From positions 45,910 through 109,909 of the forward strand of contig JAZAMN010000057.1 in NCBI GenBank assembly GCA_036229005.1: DNA of 64,000 bases, read 5' to 3'. A program made the position numbers and the translations under genes. Position 1 is the first letter of the stretch. Every line of letters begins with the position of its first letter. This document shows positions 1 through 9,491 of this stretch, in pieces. The notes under the pieces were generated by a model that was not told the origin of the DNA, did not search any database, and was given only the letters and a program-made list of their open reading frames with translations. The stretch comes from Myxococcota bacterium. Its GTDB lineage: Bacteria; Myxococcota_A; UBA796; CAJQPC01.

Positions 1-13
1 CGGCTGGACGTCA

Positions 14-270
14 CAGCGGCGGGCGCAAGTTGGGCTGAACGCAACAGCGGCGGGCGCAAGTCGGGCTGAACGCAACAGCGGCGGGCGCAAGTCGGGCTGA
101 ACGCAACAGCGGCGGGCGCAAGTCGGGCTGAACGCGACAATGCCGGGCTCAGCGGGGCCGAGTTCGGTGGCTTCTTGGCTCCGATGTTGCGTTCAGAGGC
201 ACTTGCGCAGCCCCGTGTTGCGTTCACAGGCACTTGCGCAGCCCCGTGTTGCGTTCACGGGCACTTGCGC
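14..270. repeat. Two opposed arrays of 31-bp tandem repeats
   Basis: About 4 copies of CAGCGGCGGGCGCAAGTCGGGCTGAACGCAA starting at 14, 45, 76 and 107; then about 3 copies of TGTTGCGTTCACAGGCACTTGCGCAGCCCCG (185-270), a diverged reverse complement of the first unit. Confidence 0.85.
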
Positions 271-271
271 C

Positions 272-1090
272 CTACTCCACCTGGGCATTCAACTCCGTCA
301 CCACCTCGAACACCTCCCCAATCTGTGCGAAGTCCACCAGGATGAGCTGCGGGCTGCGCCCGATGGCCTCGCACTGGGCGATGCGGTCCCAGAGCACCTG
401 GGCGGTGTTGGCCTGCGCGGCGAGCTCTTCGCTGGCCAAGGGGTCGGTCAGGAAGTGGGCCATGTAGGTGTAGCTCTGGTCCTCCCCGCCGCGTCGGAAG
501 CCGCAGTCGAAATCGTCGACCGTCTCGTAGGCGTAGTCGGTCTCCCAGACCTGCGCGTTGATGTCCCCGTACCAGTCGGGGTCGCCCCCCTCGCGGTCCG
601 TCCAGACCACCAGGCGCTGGCCGCTGTCGATCATCTGTTGGAGGGTGGGCCAGGGCTCCGCCGGGTCCCGCGTGGCGACGTGATCGATCAGCCCGGAGGC
701 CTCGAACGCGCCCACCATCTGCTCGGCGGAGATGTAGGCCTCGAAGGTCAGGGACAGGACCTGGTCCGGGTTGGCGTCCAGCCACGCAGACAGCTCCGAA
801 AGGACCTCCACCAGAGGCCTGGAGCCCAGCGAGCAGTATCCGTGGCAGGTGAGCAGCGCGCCCAGCTCTTCGTAGACATCCAGGTTCAACGCCCGGACTC
901 CGCTGTCGAGCTGCTCGAGCATGTCCAGGTTCTGGTTGGGCGGCTTGAAGTCCCAGCCAGGGCTGCTCATGGAGTTGTGGGTGCCCACGACCACGACCTG
1001 ATCGAAGGGCCGCGCGCAGTGTTCAGCGGCGCCGTTGCAGGAGGGCGGCTGGATGGTCTCGGGGGCGCAGGCCAGAAAGAGCAGGAGCAT
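272..1090 (-). CDS. PI-PLC X-domain-like (PLC-like phosphodiesterase) lipoprotein
   Basis: Start MLLLFLAC (lipobox). Motifs CNG..C.RPFDQV..GTHNS, NQ......QL..GVRALNLD, LCHG-like TCHG, WL..NP.QV and N.ILVDF-like QLILVDF. Confidence 0.75.
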   Translation of the reverse strand: MLLLFLACAPETIQPPSCNGAAEHCARPFDQVVVVGTHNSMSSPGWDFKPPNQNLDMLEQLDSGVRALNLDVYEELGALLTCHGYCSLGSRPLVEVLSELSAWLDANPDQVLSLTFEAYISAEQMVGAFEASGLIDHVATRDPAEPWPTLQQMIDSGQRLVVWTDREGGDPDWYGDINAQVWETDYAYETVDDFDCGFRRGGEDQSYTYMAHFLTDPLASEELAAQANTAQVLWDRIAQCEAIGRSPQLILVDFAQIGEVFEVVTELNAQVE

Positions 1091-1219
1091 CCTGCGAGCG
1101 TAGAACAGCGCCCCGCAGGACCCAAGCGACACTTGCAGGTTTACGGATTCCCGCGGCATGACACCCTCTGGTTGACATTGCCGCTTCAAGCGGCAACGCT
1201 GAGAGCCGAGGGATGTCCT

Positions 1220-2035
1220 ATGTTCCACCTGATCCTGCTTGCCTGCACCACCGAGCCCGCCGACTCGGAGACCGACTGCTTTGACGGCGTCGACGAGGAC
1301 CGCGACGGCCTGATGGACTGCGAGGACGCCGACTGCGCCGACGCCTGGGCGTGTACCGAGAGCGACTGCTCGGACGGCTCGGACAACGACGGGGACGGCC
1401 TCGCTGACTGCGACGACGACGACTGCCTGGCGCGGCAGGAGTGCGGCCTGGAGCGGGAGCTGGTGCTCAGTAGCGCGCAGCTCTACCGCACGGAGACCCA
1501 CGGCCGGCTCAAGGACGGAGATATCGAACAATTGAGCACGCGGTACGCCGCCACCCTTGCCGACCTGGAGGGCAGCATTCGCTACTCCAAGGTCCCCGGG
1601 GCCGCCCTGTCCACTGCGAGCCAGGTGGGAAGCTGTAGCTTCCACTTTGACCGTCTGGAGCTGGGCTTCAACACCAGCAGCTTCGCGATGCAGCACAGCT
1701 TCACCGAGCCCTCCAGCTCTGGGCTCGTGCTGGGTAGTGGCTGCGAGGGACTGAGCGCCGAGGACCTGTTCCCGCTCCAGAAGCAGCTCCACTACCTGGA
1801 CCGGGATCCCCTCCGCTCCTACGGCTTCATCGGGCATGGGGTGGGCGAGATCTGGGCGCAGTCCTCCACCGCCGTCGTCGTGCCCTGGGTCTCCGGTTCG
1901 GAAGAGATCGGGCGCACCACCACCAGCGACGGCGCGGGCTCCGGCAGCAGCTATCTGGGCAGCTCGGTCCAGGTGATCGAGTTCAGCGGGGAGGTGTCCG
2001 GGAGAGAGCCGCTGGTGTGGACGAAGACGGAGTAG
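1220..2035 (+). CDS. Lipoprotein with Cys/Asp-rich (DC.DG.D.D.DGL.DC.D.DC) repeats
   Basis: Start MFHLILLAC; two DCxDGxDxDxDGLxDCxDxDC units typical of myxobacterial Ca-binding repeats. Confidence 0.7.
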   Translation: MFHLILLACTTEPADSETDCFDGVDEDRDGLMDCEDADCADAWACTESDCSDGSDNDGDGLADCDDDDCLARQECGLERELVLSSAQLYRTETHGRLKDGDIEQLSTRYAATLADLEGSIRYSKVPGAALSTASQVGSCSFHFDRLELGFNTSSFAMQHSFTEPSSSGLVLGSGCEGLSAEDLFPLQKQLHYLDRDPLRSYGFIGHGVGEIWAQSSTAVVVPWVSGSEEIGRTTTSDGAGSGSSYLGSSVQVIEFSGEVSGREPLVWTKTE

Positions 2036-2100
2036 GGTCAAGCGCGTGGTCAGGGGGGAACGGTGGTGGCGGGCTGACCGAGCCCAAGCACCGCTGCGAG

Positions 2101-2286
2101 GGGCATCGCCACCTGAACGCCCGGTATCGCCGGGCATCGGCACCTGAATGCCCGGTATTGCCGGGCATCGGCACCTGAACGCCCGCCCCTTCCGAGCATC
2201 AACACCTGAACGCCCGGTCTTTCCGAGCATCGGCACTTGAATGCCCGATTTCGCAGGTCATCGGAACCTCAACGCCCAGGTTCTGG
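2101..2286. repeat. 31-bp tandem repeat, about 6 degenerate copies
   Basis: Unit GGGCATCGGCACCTGAATGCCCGGTATTGCC, copies starting at 2101, 2132, 2163, 2194, 2225 and 2256. Confidence 0.85.
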
Positions 2287-2435
2287 TGCCAAAGCCGCGC
2301 TGAGGCGGGATCTGGCGGGCGTTCGGACCCAGATGCTCCCCGGAGTCGTGCGTTTGCCCCGGGATGCCCTCCTGCGCGTGGCACACGGGGACGTACGGCA
2401 GTGGGTGCTGACGGACCGGAATGGGCAGTCGACGC

Positions 2436-3128
2436 TCAGAAGCTGCCTGCCAGGCCCAGGGCGGGCTGGCCGTCGACGACGGTGACCATGGGCTCCACCG
2501 TGAAGTGCATCAGAATCCGGTGCTCGGTGGTGGCTTCCCGAGGCCCGCCGGGGGCGAGCTGGAGCATCTGCTCGATCTGGATGACCGGAGCGGCGATCCA
2601 GAAGAGGGTGGCGACGCAGACACCACCAAAGCCCAGCAAAGAGGCCGCTTGGGGGGCCACGTTGTAGAGGAGTGCCGCGCCTGCGACGCTGAAGCTGGCC
2701 ACGGCCACACCGGAGACCAGCCAGCGTGCTCCCGCAGAGGGGAGGTCGGTGTCCAGATGGTTGTAGGCGCGCAGGCCCGAGATGGTGGCCACACCCAGTC
2801 CGCCAACGACACCCACCTCACCGGCAAACACCGCAGTGAATCCGACCAGGGCGGCTGCGGTCCCTGCCACGGGAAAGGGCTCAATGAGCGCCGCACCTAT
2901 GAGCCCTACGCCGAGGCCCCCGAACACGACCGGCAGCGACCACAGAACCGTTCGCTCCGCGAGCTGCGCCCGGCGCAGGAACTTCTCGAAGTCCAGCAGC
3001 TCAGGGGGCGAGGGCGCCAATACCTCGGGGCTGGGGGCCGCCTCGACCGAGTTCGGGGCTTCGGCGGCGTGCGCGGAGAGGGTCATGGCGAGAGCGAGGA
3101 TCACTGCCAGAGCATACGCTTGAACCAC
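2436..3128 (-). CDS. Hypothetical membrane protein
   Basis: Signal-peptide-like N-terminus (GTG start, exact start uncertain), four hydrophobic segments, and a C-terminal ..PALGLAGSF beta-strand-like end. Confidence 0.55.
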   Translation of the reverse strand: MVQAYALAVILALAMTLSAHAAEAPNSVEAAPSPEVLAPSPPELLDFEKFLRRAQLAERTVLWSLPVVFGGLGVGLIGAALIEPFPVAGTAAALVGFTAVFAGEVGVVGGLGVATISGLRAYNHLDTDLPSAGARWLVSGVAVASFSVAGAALLYNVAPQAASLLGFGGVCVATLFWIAAPVIQIEQMLQLAPGGPREATTEHRILMHFTVEPMVTVVDGQPALGLAGSF

Positions 3129-3222
3129 CCGGACCAGGCAGTACGTAAATGTGGTGGGCGGAGACCTGAGGGCCACCGAAATCTGAGCGCCCCTGCCGCG
3201 TAGCCCTCCCCAGAGGAGCGCC

Positions 3223-4212
3223 GTGCAGCCCCCAGGACCACACCCCGACCAAGCCCGCAGGCGCCTGCAGTGGGCGAGCTCCCTGAGCTTCGCCTGGACC
3301 GTCGCCGGCCTGATGGCCTACAGTACAGAACCGTGGGTGGACACCCTTGGGCTGGGCGCAGCAGCCGCCATGACCCTCATCATCCGCACCCTGCTGTCCA
3401 GCGCGCGCCTCATCGGCGCTCGGGAGCGCGCTGCCTTCTTTGTGTTCGCCTCCGGTCTGCTCGCCCTCGGCCTGAGCGGCTGGCTGGTGCGCCTGGAGCC
3501 CGGGCCTCACCGAGCCGCGCTGCGGGACATCGCCATCGCGTACCAGCCCCTGTGGCTGCAGGCCTGGCTGATGCTCGGCTACGGCTTGCTGGCGCGGGTG
3601 CATCGGCCGACCCTGGGGCCCCTGTCCACCCGCCTGGTAGCCCTGGTCTACCCGTTTGTGGGCCTGCCCTCTCTGTGGTTGTTCTCCAGGGTCTACGGTG
3701 TCGAGCCCGGTCTTGGTCCCCTCCCAGCGATCTGTGCCACCTTGGTCCTGATCGGCGTCGCCACCACCCCCGAGTCCGAAGCCCAGCTCCGCCTCGCCGC
3801 GGAGCGCCTCTCAGATCCCCGCGTCCAGCTCCGTGGGGACACCCTGCCCCTGCGCGTCGAGATCTGTGTTCCATGCTCCTGGCGCCACCGCGCCGCACCT
3901 CGCCGGCGGAACCCAGTGCTTGACGAGCTGCTGGGCCCTGGACTGGAGGCGGTGGACCTGGGTGTGCTGGAGCGAGAGGATCCGGGCCCTCTGTTGGCTG
4001 TGTTCCACAACTTCCCACAGTCTCGGCTGGAGCCCGGCACCCTGACCCTGGTGGCCACCGACGAGGACATGGCGGCGCTGGCCAAGGCCACACAGACCGA
4101 CGTGACCCAGGCGCTGCGGGTTTGTGTCGCTCGGGCGGAGCGGCTGGCGGGGTTGCTCGGGCGCGAGCCCCTCGACCTCACCGCTTCCGACCCGCCACCT
4201 CCTCGCGCTTGA
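3223..4212 (+). CDS. Hypothetical membrane protein
   Basis: 329-aa ORF with about 6 N-terminal hydrophobic segments and a soluble C-terminus; RBS-like GAGGAG upstream. Confidence 0.55.
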   Translation: MQPPGPHPDQARRRLQWASSLSFAWTVAGLMAYSTEPWVDTLGLGAAAAMTLIIRTLLSSARLIGARERAAFFVFASGLLALGLSGWLVRLEPGPHRAALRDIAIAYQPLWLQAWLMLGYGLLARVHRPTLGPLSTRLVALVYPFVGLPSLWLFSRVYGVEPGLGPLPAICATLVLIGVATTPESEAQLRLAAERLSDPRVQLRGDTLPLRVEICVPCSWRHRAAPRRRNPVLDELLGPGLEAVDLGVLEREDPGPLLAVFHNFPQSRLEPGTLTLVATDEDMAALAKATQTDVTQALRVCVARAERLAGLLGREPLDLTASDPPPPRA

Positions 4213-4861
4213 CCAGCTCCCACATGGTGCCGCCGCAGCCCCCCCAGGCGGCCTCTTCCACGGGCTCGCCCGTCCACTCCTCAAGGGCCTGCCAGAAGAG
4301 CCAGGTGCGCTCCGGAAAACGCTGGTGCTCCCTACAGACGCTGTCGAGAAGGACCAGAGTGGTGTCCGTCCAGAGCCAGACCTCACCGGAGTAGTCCGTG
4401 ATGCATCCCTCGGCGACGGCGGAGAGCACCAGGCGCTCGGGCTCGCCGCTGGGAAGCTCGGCGATGTGGACCGCAAAGTGAGGGTCGTGGCTGCCAGGAT
4501 TCCGCTCGATGTGGTTTGGCTCCCGCGGGTGACGCCTGAACCAGCCCGAGGCGACCTGCGTCTCGACCATCAGCGCGCCGTTGGCCCAGCCAGGGACACG
4601 CTCGCGAGCCTGACGCATGACGGGTGTGACCCCCGCCTCGCCGTAGCTGTGGCAGCGCTCGCCGTCCCGGCCAGGCGGACCTCCAGGGCCGATGCGCATG
4701 GTGTGCACCTCGTAGTCGGCAGTGGGACTCGCGCCTGCCCAGTGCGCATAGATGCTGGGCTCCAGGTCGGAGTGGAACCAGGCCTCCAGGCGCTCGCGCC
4801 AGACTTCGAGAGAGCTGGGCGCAGGAGAACTCTGGGCCACAAGAAGGGGTAGGAGCAGCAT
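4178..4861 (-). CDS. Hypothetical exported protein
   Basis: 227-aa ORF with a short hydrophobic N-terminus (MLLLPLLVAQ) and protein-like composition. Confidence 0.5.
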   Translation of the reverse strand: MLLLPLLVAQSSPAPSSLEVWRERLEAWFHSDLEPSIYAHWAGASPTADYEVHTMRIGPGGPPGRDGERCHSYGEAGVTPVMRQARERVPGWANGALMVETQVASGWFRRHPREPNHIERNPGSHDPHFAVHIAELPSGEPERLVLSAVAEGCITDYSGEVWLWTDTTLVLLDSVCREHQRFPERTWLFWQALEEWTGEPVEEAAWGGCGGTMWELVKREEVAGRKR

Positions 4862-4941
4862 GGGAACCTCTTGAAGGCAGACAGCTGCTGGCCCGTCGCG
4901 GTTCCGGCTGAACTAGCGACTCCCCCGGGTCGAAGGCCCCG

Positions 4942-5517
4942 TCAGGAGGCCGATGGCTCAGGCCATGTGAGCCCATCGGGCCGGAACCACAGCTGCACCT
5001 CGATCTCCATCCACAGCGGGCGCGACCAGGGAATCCCGGCCCAGCGCTCCAGCTGGCTGTTCAGCTCAGTCAGCAGATGGACCTCCCCGACCGCGGGGTG
5101 CTCGATTCCCCGAGCGCGCCGGAACTGCGGGTCCAGGCAGAAGCTGTCGAAGAAGGTGAAGGAGGCAGCGTCCCCCGGGACGGCAGCGAGCGCGAGCTGG
5201 ACGCCGACACGCTCGGGACTCCGGCGCTCCACCGCCTGACTCCGACCCAACAGGGCGTAGAAGGGAAAGCGGACCTGAGCCCGACCACCCCGCGCCTCGA
5301 AGCCCGTGCGCAGCTCGTCCTCCACCCGCTGGCGCGTCCGCACGTAGTCCGGATCTGCATAGCGGGCGGCGTTGGGGACGTGGCCCGCCGCCAGGACCTC
5401 CGCCCGCTCGGCGGGGGTGAGGGCCATCAGGCTCTGGAAGGGGCGGCCGCAGAAGTAGTGGGTGAGGAAGGTCGCGACCTCTCCCTGCGCGTCGGAGGCT
5501 TCGCTCACGGACTTCAC
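4942..5517 (-). CDS. Conserved hypothetical protein
   Basis: GTG start overlaps the upstream TGA (GTGA); motifs FLTHYF..PFQSL, R..VE..LR..F..RGG, SFTFFDS and IEVQLW. Confidence 0.6.
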   Translation of the reverse strand: MKSVSEASDAQGEVATFLTHYFCGRPFQSLMALTPAERAEVLAAGHVPNAARYADPDYVRTRQRVEDELRTGFEARGGRAQVRFPFYALLGRSQAVERRSPERVGVQLALAAVPGDAASFTFFDSFCLDPQFRRARGIEHPAVGEVHLLTELNSQLERWAGIPWSRPLWMEIEVQLWFRPDGLTWPEPSAS

Positions 5518-6689
5518 TCCCGAACCAGGACGACCGCCGCCTGGTGATACCACTGCTCGGCGGTGCCGCCCTCGTTGCCGTTCCACGGCTCGGCGGACAG
5601 GCTGTAGGGGTTCCGCTCCAGCGCGGACATCAGGGAGATGACCTGCCGGGCCTCCACCGGCCCAGCCATCCCTCGGATGCGCTGTCCAGCGCCATCAAAG
5701 ACGACCACGAGACGGAGCTCCCGCTCCAGGAGCCCCTCGAAGGCATCGCGATTCACCGCCTGGCCCTCGAGCGTCCCTCCTTCTCCGCCCTCCTCCCCAT
5801 CGACATACTCGTAGGCCTCCCGGACATCGACAAAGGCCAACGCGCAACGCAGCCCCAAATCCTCTGCGCACGCCCGGAGCGCCCCCACCCGCTCAGCATC
5901 CAGCAGCCGGAGGCGGTCCCACCCAAAGCGCTGCTCGGTGTAGACGTGGTCCAGCATCACGACCAAGCGCTCCTCGGACTCAAAGTAGCGTTCCAGCAGC
6001 GCGCCGAGCTCCGAAGGGTCGGCCCCTACCCGCGGAGCGTGCCGGACCCGACCCCGGAGGGCGAAGGTCAGGGACACCCGGCGGCCTCCCTGCACTGGCT
6101 CGATCTCGTGCACGCAGTCCGCGTAGAAGGCCACAAACCCCAGGCGACGCTCCTGCGCCAGGGCGCCCAGCTCGAAGCGCTCGGTCCGTCCCCCGTGCCG
6201 GACCACCAGCGCGCCGCCTTCGTGCTCGGTCGGCAGCACCACCACCAAGCTGCCCCACATGCGCTCGTCCAGCTCGGTGTCCCGATGGGGCGCAAAGAAG
6301 CCCCCAGGCTCGTACACGATGAGCTTCTGCAGGGAGGCCTCGACCTCCACGTCTGCGCGGATCTCCAGGCGCTCCTTGAGCTGCTGGATCGCCCGCTTGA
6401 GCCGCCGCTCCCAGCCCGAGCTGAGCTCGATCTGCGCCGCCAGCACCTCGCTTGAGCGGCGAACCGTCTCATCGTGCAGCGTCTGGTCGCGCCGTCCAAA
6501 GGGTGAGGGGCGACCCTCTTGGATCAGCCCGTCAACGAACTCATCCGTCAGAGGAAGCCGCGAGCGACCGACACCCTCCACCGTGAGGGCGAGCCCCATG
6601 CAGGCCAGATCCACGCTGGCTGCGACAGCGCCAGGAGACTCCATCGCTCGGAGCCAGTGTGCGATGCGCTCGGTGTGAAGTCGGTCCAT
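5514..6689 (-). CDS. 2OG-Fe(II) oxygenase family protein
   Basis: KLIVYEPGGFFAPHRDTE (HxD), HEGGAL, FYADCVHEIEPV..GRRVSL (H...R) and LDHVYT. Confidence 0.85.
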   Translation of the reverse strand: MDRLHTERIAHWLRAMESPGAVAASVDLACMGLALTVEGVGRSRLPLTDEFVDGLIQEGRPSPFGRRDQTLHDETVRRSSEVLAAQIELSSGWERRLKRAIQQLKERLEIRADVEVEASLQKLIVYEPGGFFAPHRDTELDERMWGSLVVVLPTEHEGGALVVRHGGRTERFELGALAQERRLGFVAFYADCVHEIEPVQGGRRVSLTFALRGRVRHAPRVGADPSELGALLERYFESEERLVVMLDHVYTEQRFGWDRLRLLDAERVGALRACAEDLGLRCALAFVDVREAYEYVDGEEGGEGGTLEGQAVNRDAFEGLLERELRLVVVFDGAGQRIRGMAGPVEARQVISLMSALERNPYSLSAEPWNGNEGGTAEQWYHQAAVVLVRE

Positions 6690-6705
6690 CCACCCTCCAG
6701 GGTAC

Positions 6706-7563
6706 TCAGGATAGCCCCATCAACCCCCGCGCCTCCTCCGGACTCGCGACCTCCCGCCCGGCCCGCCTCGCACAGTCCGCGAGCGCCTCGATCAACGCTC
6801 CATTGCTGTCGGCCTTCTCGCCGCTGGGCAGGTAGAAGGTGTCCTCGAGTCCGGTCCGCAGCATCCCGCCCAATTCGGCGGCCCGCTGGTGCAGGGCCCA
6901 GATCTCCTGCCGCCCAATGAGCGTGGCCTGCCACAGACTGCCCTGGGGCTTGTAGCGAAGCAGCAGCTCCAGCAGGTCGGCGTCCAGGGGCATGCCGCTG
7001 GCGACGCCCATGACGAAGTTGACCTGGGCGGAGGGGGCCATGCCGGCCTTCAGATACAGATCGACGCTGCGCAGGATGCCCACATCAAAGCACTCGAACT
7101 CGGGCAGGGCGCCCACGCGCTCCATGCCGTCCAGCATGGCCTGGACCTTCTCGACGGGGTTGTCAAACAGCATGGGCTTCCAGGCCCACTGGCCGTTGCT
7201 GCGCAGCTTGAGGTAGTTCAGGCTGCCCGCGTTGCAGGCCGCAAGCTCGGGCTTCACGGCGTCCATGCAGGCGATGGGGCCGCTCACGTCAGGACCCACC
7301 ACGCCGGTGCTCTGGTTGATCAGGGCGCCCGGACAGGCCTGCCGCACGGCATCGACACAGTCCTTGGCGACCGCAGGATCCCAGCTCGGCAGGTGGCCCA
7401 TGCCGGGCTCCTGGCGCCGAAAGTGGATGTGGAACACGCTGGCCCCAGCGTCAAAGGCCTGCCGCGCGGACAGGGCGAGCTGCTCGGGGGTGACGGGCAC
7501 AGGGTGCCGCGCCGGGTCGGTGAGCACGCCGTTGAGGGCGCAGGTCAGGATGGCCTTGTTCAT
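6706..7563 (-). CDS. Beta-keto acid cleavage enzyme (BKACE / 3-keto-5-aminohexanoate cleavage family, DUF849)
   Basis: ITCALNG-like start, PVTPEQ...AGAS..HIH, NAGSLN, PEFECFD and RTGLED; ATG overlaps the upstream stop. Confidence 0.9.
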   Translation of the reverse strand: MNKAILTCALNGVLTDPARHPVPVTPEQLALSARQAFDAGASVFHIHFRRQEPGMGHLPSWDPAVAKDCVDAVRQACPGALINQSTGVVGPDVSGPIACMDAVKPELAACNAGSLNYLKLRSNGQWAWKPMLFDNPVEKVQAMLDGMERVGALPEFECFDVGILRSVDLYLKAGMAPSAQVNFVMGVASGMPLDADLLELLLRYKPQGSLWQATLIGRQEIWALHQRAAELGGMLRTGLEDTFYLPSGEKADSNGALIEALADCARRAGREVASPEEARGLMGLS

Positions 7564-9491
7564 TCGCTCAGCTCCAGCTCGATAAGAAGGGCGCCGGCCT
7601 GGACTTGCTCTCCCAGGGCGGCGTGGATGGCCCGCACAGTCCCCGCGGACTGGGCCAGCACGCGGGTCTCCAGCTTCATGGCCTCGACCCTGGCCAAGGT
7701 CTGTCCGGGCTCCACGGCATCCCCCACAGACACAGAGATCGCACACAGATTTCCGGCGGTGGGCGAGAGGATCTGGGAGGCGTCCAGCTCCGCCTGCACC
7801 GCCTGACCCGGCCGCACCTCGCGGATGGGAAGGAGTCCAGATCCGCAGTCGAGGACACACTGGCCGTCTTCAAGGTAGACCCAGATCCAGCGGCGGCCCC
7901 GGTCCCGCTCCTCCACCTGCACCCGCCCCTGGGGGAGGCCCATGGCCAGATGGAACACGGTCTCCCCGACGGCCAGCTCGAAGAAGGGCCGCCCCGGCGA
8001 GACCCGCACGGTCTGTGTGGTGCTCCCACAGACCAGCTCCAGGTCGAAGGCGCAGTGGCCGCTGCTGCGCAGCCAGGCCGCTTGAGGCTCACACAGAGCC
8101 AGGGCGGCCAGGGCCCAGTCCCGCTCGGTGGGGGTCGGGCGCTCGAAGAGGGGGTGCCCCGCCTGCGCCCAGTGGTCGATGTGGCCGGTGTGCAGGGTGC
8201 CTGACACGAACTCGGGGGTCTGTAGCAGGCGCAGCAGCCAGTCGCGGTTGGTCTGTACGCCCAGCAACCGGAGCTCGCTCAGGGCCCGCCGCAGCCGGGC
8301 CAGAGCCTGGCCCCGGTCGGGCCCCCAGGCGATCAGCTTGCCCAGCATGGGATCGTAGTAGGGGCTGACCGCGCTGCCGGGCTCCAGGGCCAGGTGGAGC
8401 TGCAGGTGCTCACTGGTCTGGGGTCGGGTGATCTGTGTGAGCACGCCGGTCTGGGGGGCGAAGCCGGCGGAGGGGTCCTCGGCGCAGATCCGCACCTCGA
8501 TGGCTGCGCCCTGGGGAGCGGGCAGGGTCTGTGGCAGGTGGGCGCCCTGGGCGATGCGGAGCTGCCAGCCCACCAGGTCCTGGCCCCAGCACATCTGGGT
8601 GACGGCGAACTCCACCTGCAGGCGGGTGTTCATCTCCAGGAACCAGAACTCGCCGCCCTGGACCAGGAACTCCACGGTCCCGGCGCCCACGTAGCCCACG
8701 GCCTGGGCGGCCTGGACGGCGGCCGCACACAGTCTCGCGCGCAGGGCCGGATCCAGGCTGGGGGCGGGGGTCTCCTCGATGACCTTCTGGCGGCGGCGCT
8801 GGGCGCTGCAGTCGCGCTCCCCCAGGTGGAGGACGTGGCCGTGGGTGTCGGCCAGGATCTGTACTTCGACGTGACGGCCGCCGTCGATCAGGCGCTCCAG
8901 CATCAGGCGACCGTCCCCGAAGGCAGCGGTGGCCTCGCGGGCGGCGGAGGTGATGGCCTCGGAGAGCTCGGCCGGCTCGCGGACCACGCGCATGCCGCGA
9001 CCGCCTCCCCCGGCGGTGGCCTTGACCAGCAGCGGGAAGCCGATGTCCTGGGCGTGGGCAGACAGACCCCCTACAGATTGGTCGTCGCCGCGGTAGCCAG
9101 GCAGCAGCGGGACGCCGGCCTGGGCCATGCGCTCCTTGGCGGCGGCCTTGTCGGCCATCGCGTGCATGGCGGCGGGGGGCGGGCCCACCCAGATCAGACC
9201 GGCATCGAGCACGGACTGTGCAAAGTCGGCGTTCTCGGCCAGGAAGCCGTAGCCCGGGTGGATGGCGTCGGCGCCGCTGTCCGCGGCGGCCTGGAGCACC
9301 CGGTCCCCGCGCAGGTAGGAGTCGGCGGCGGGCGCGGCCCCCACACAGATGGCCTGGTCGGCCAGCGCCAGCCAGGGGCCCTGGGCGTCGGCCTGGGAGT
9401 ACACACAGACCGTCTCCAGGCCCAGGCCGCGGGCCGTGCGCAAGATGTGGGCGGCGATCTCGCCGCGGTTGGCGACCAGCAGGCGCTTCAT
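7560..9491 (-). CDS. atuF: Biotin-dependent acyl-CoA carboxylase alpha subunit (geranyl-CoA carboxylase AtuF-like)
   Basis: LLVANRGEIA, HPGYGFLAENA, GGGGRGMR, ERDCSAQRRRQK, EMNTRLQVE and C-terminal biotin site EAMK; operon context. Confidence 0.8.
   Translation of the reverse strand: MKRLLVANRGEIAAHILRTARGLGLETVCVYSQADAQGPWLALADQAICVGAAPAADSYLRGDRVLQAAADSGADAIHPGYGFLAENADFAQSVLDAGLIWVGPPPAAMHAMADKAAAKERMAQAGVPLLPGYRGDDQSVGGLSAHAQDIGFPLLVKATAGGGGRGMRVVREPAELSEAITSAAREATAAFGDGRLMLERLIDGGRHVEVQILADTHGHVLHLGERDCSAQRRRQKVIEETPAPSLDPALRARLCAAAVQAAQAVGYVGAGTVEFLVQGGEFWFLEMNTRLQVEFAVTQMCWGQDLVGWQLRIAQGAHLPQTLPAPQGAAIEVRICAEDPSAGFAPQTGVLTQITRPQTSEHLQLHLALEPGSAVSPYYDPMLGKLIAWGPDRGQALARLRRALSELRLLGVQTNRDWLLRLLQTPEFVSGTLHTGHIDHWAQAGHPLFERPTPTERDWALAALALCEPQAAWLRSSGHCAFDLELVCGSTTQTVRVSPGRPFFELAVGETVFHLAMGLPQGRVQVEERDRGRRWIWVYLEDGQCVLDCGSGLLPIREVRPGQAVQAELDASQILSPTAGNLCAISVSVGDAVEPGQTLARVEAMKLETRVLAQSAGTVRAIHAALGEQVQAGALLIELELSE

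Noticed and set aside
140..2236. Long N-terminal extensions in the ORF track (140-2035, 272-2236; also 7560-9908, 17477-18796, 52531-54501 and 46913-48295)
   Set aside because: The extensions overlap other genes or repeats; internal starts with an RBS, lipobox or stop-start overlap fit better.
14..2286. 31-bp repeats as CRISPR arrays (also 48457-48729, 54241-54518 and 57131-57371)
   Set aside because: The units are directly tandem with no unique spacers, degenerate and arranged as opposed arrays; no cas genes are in the window.
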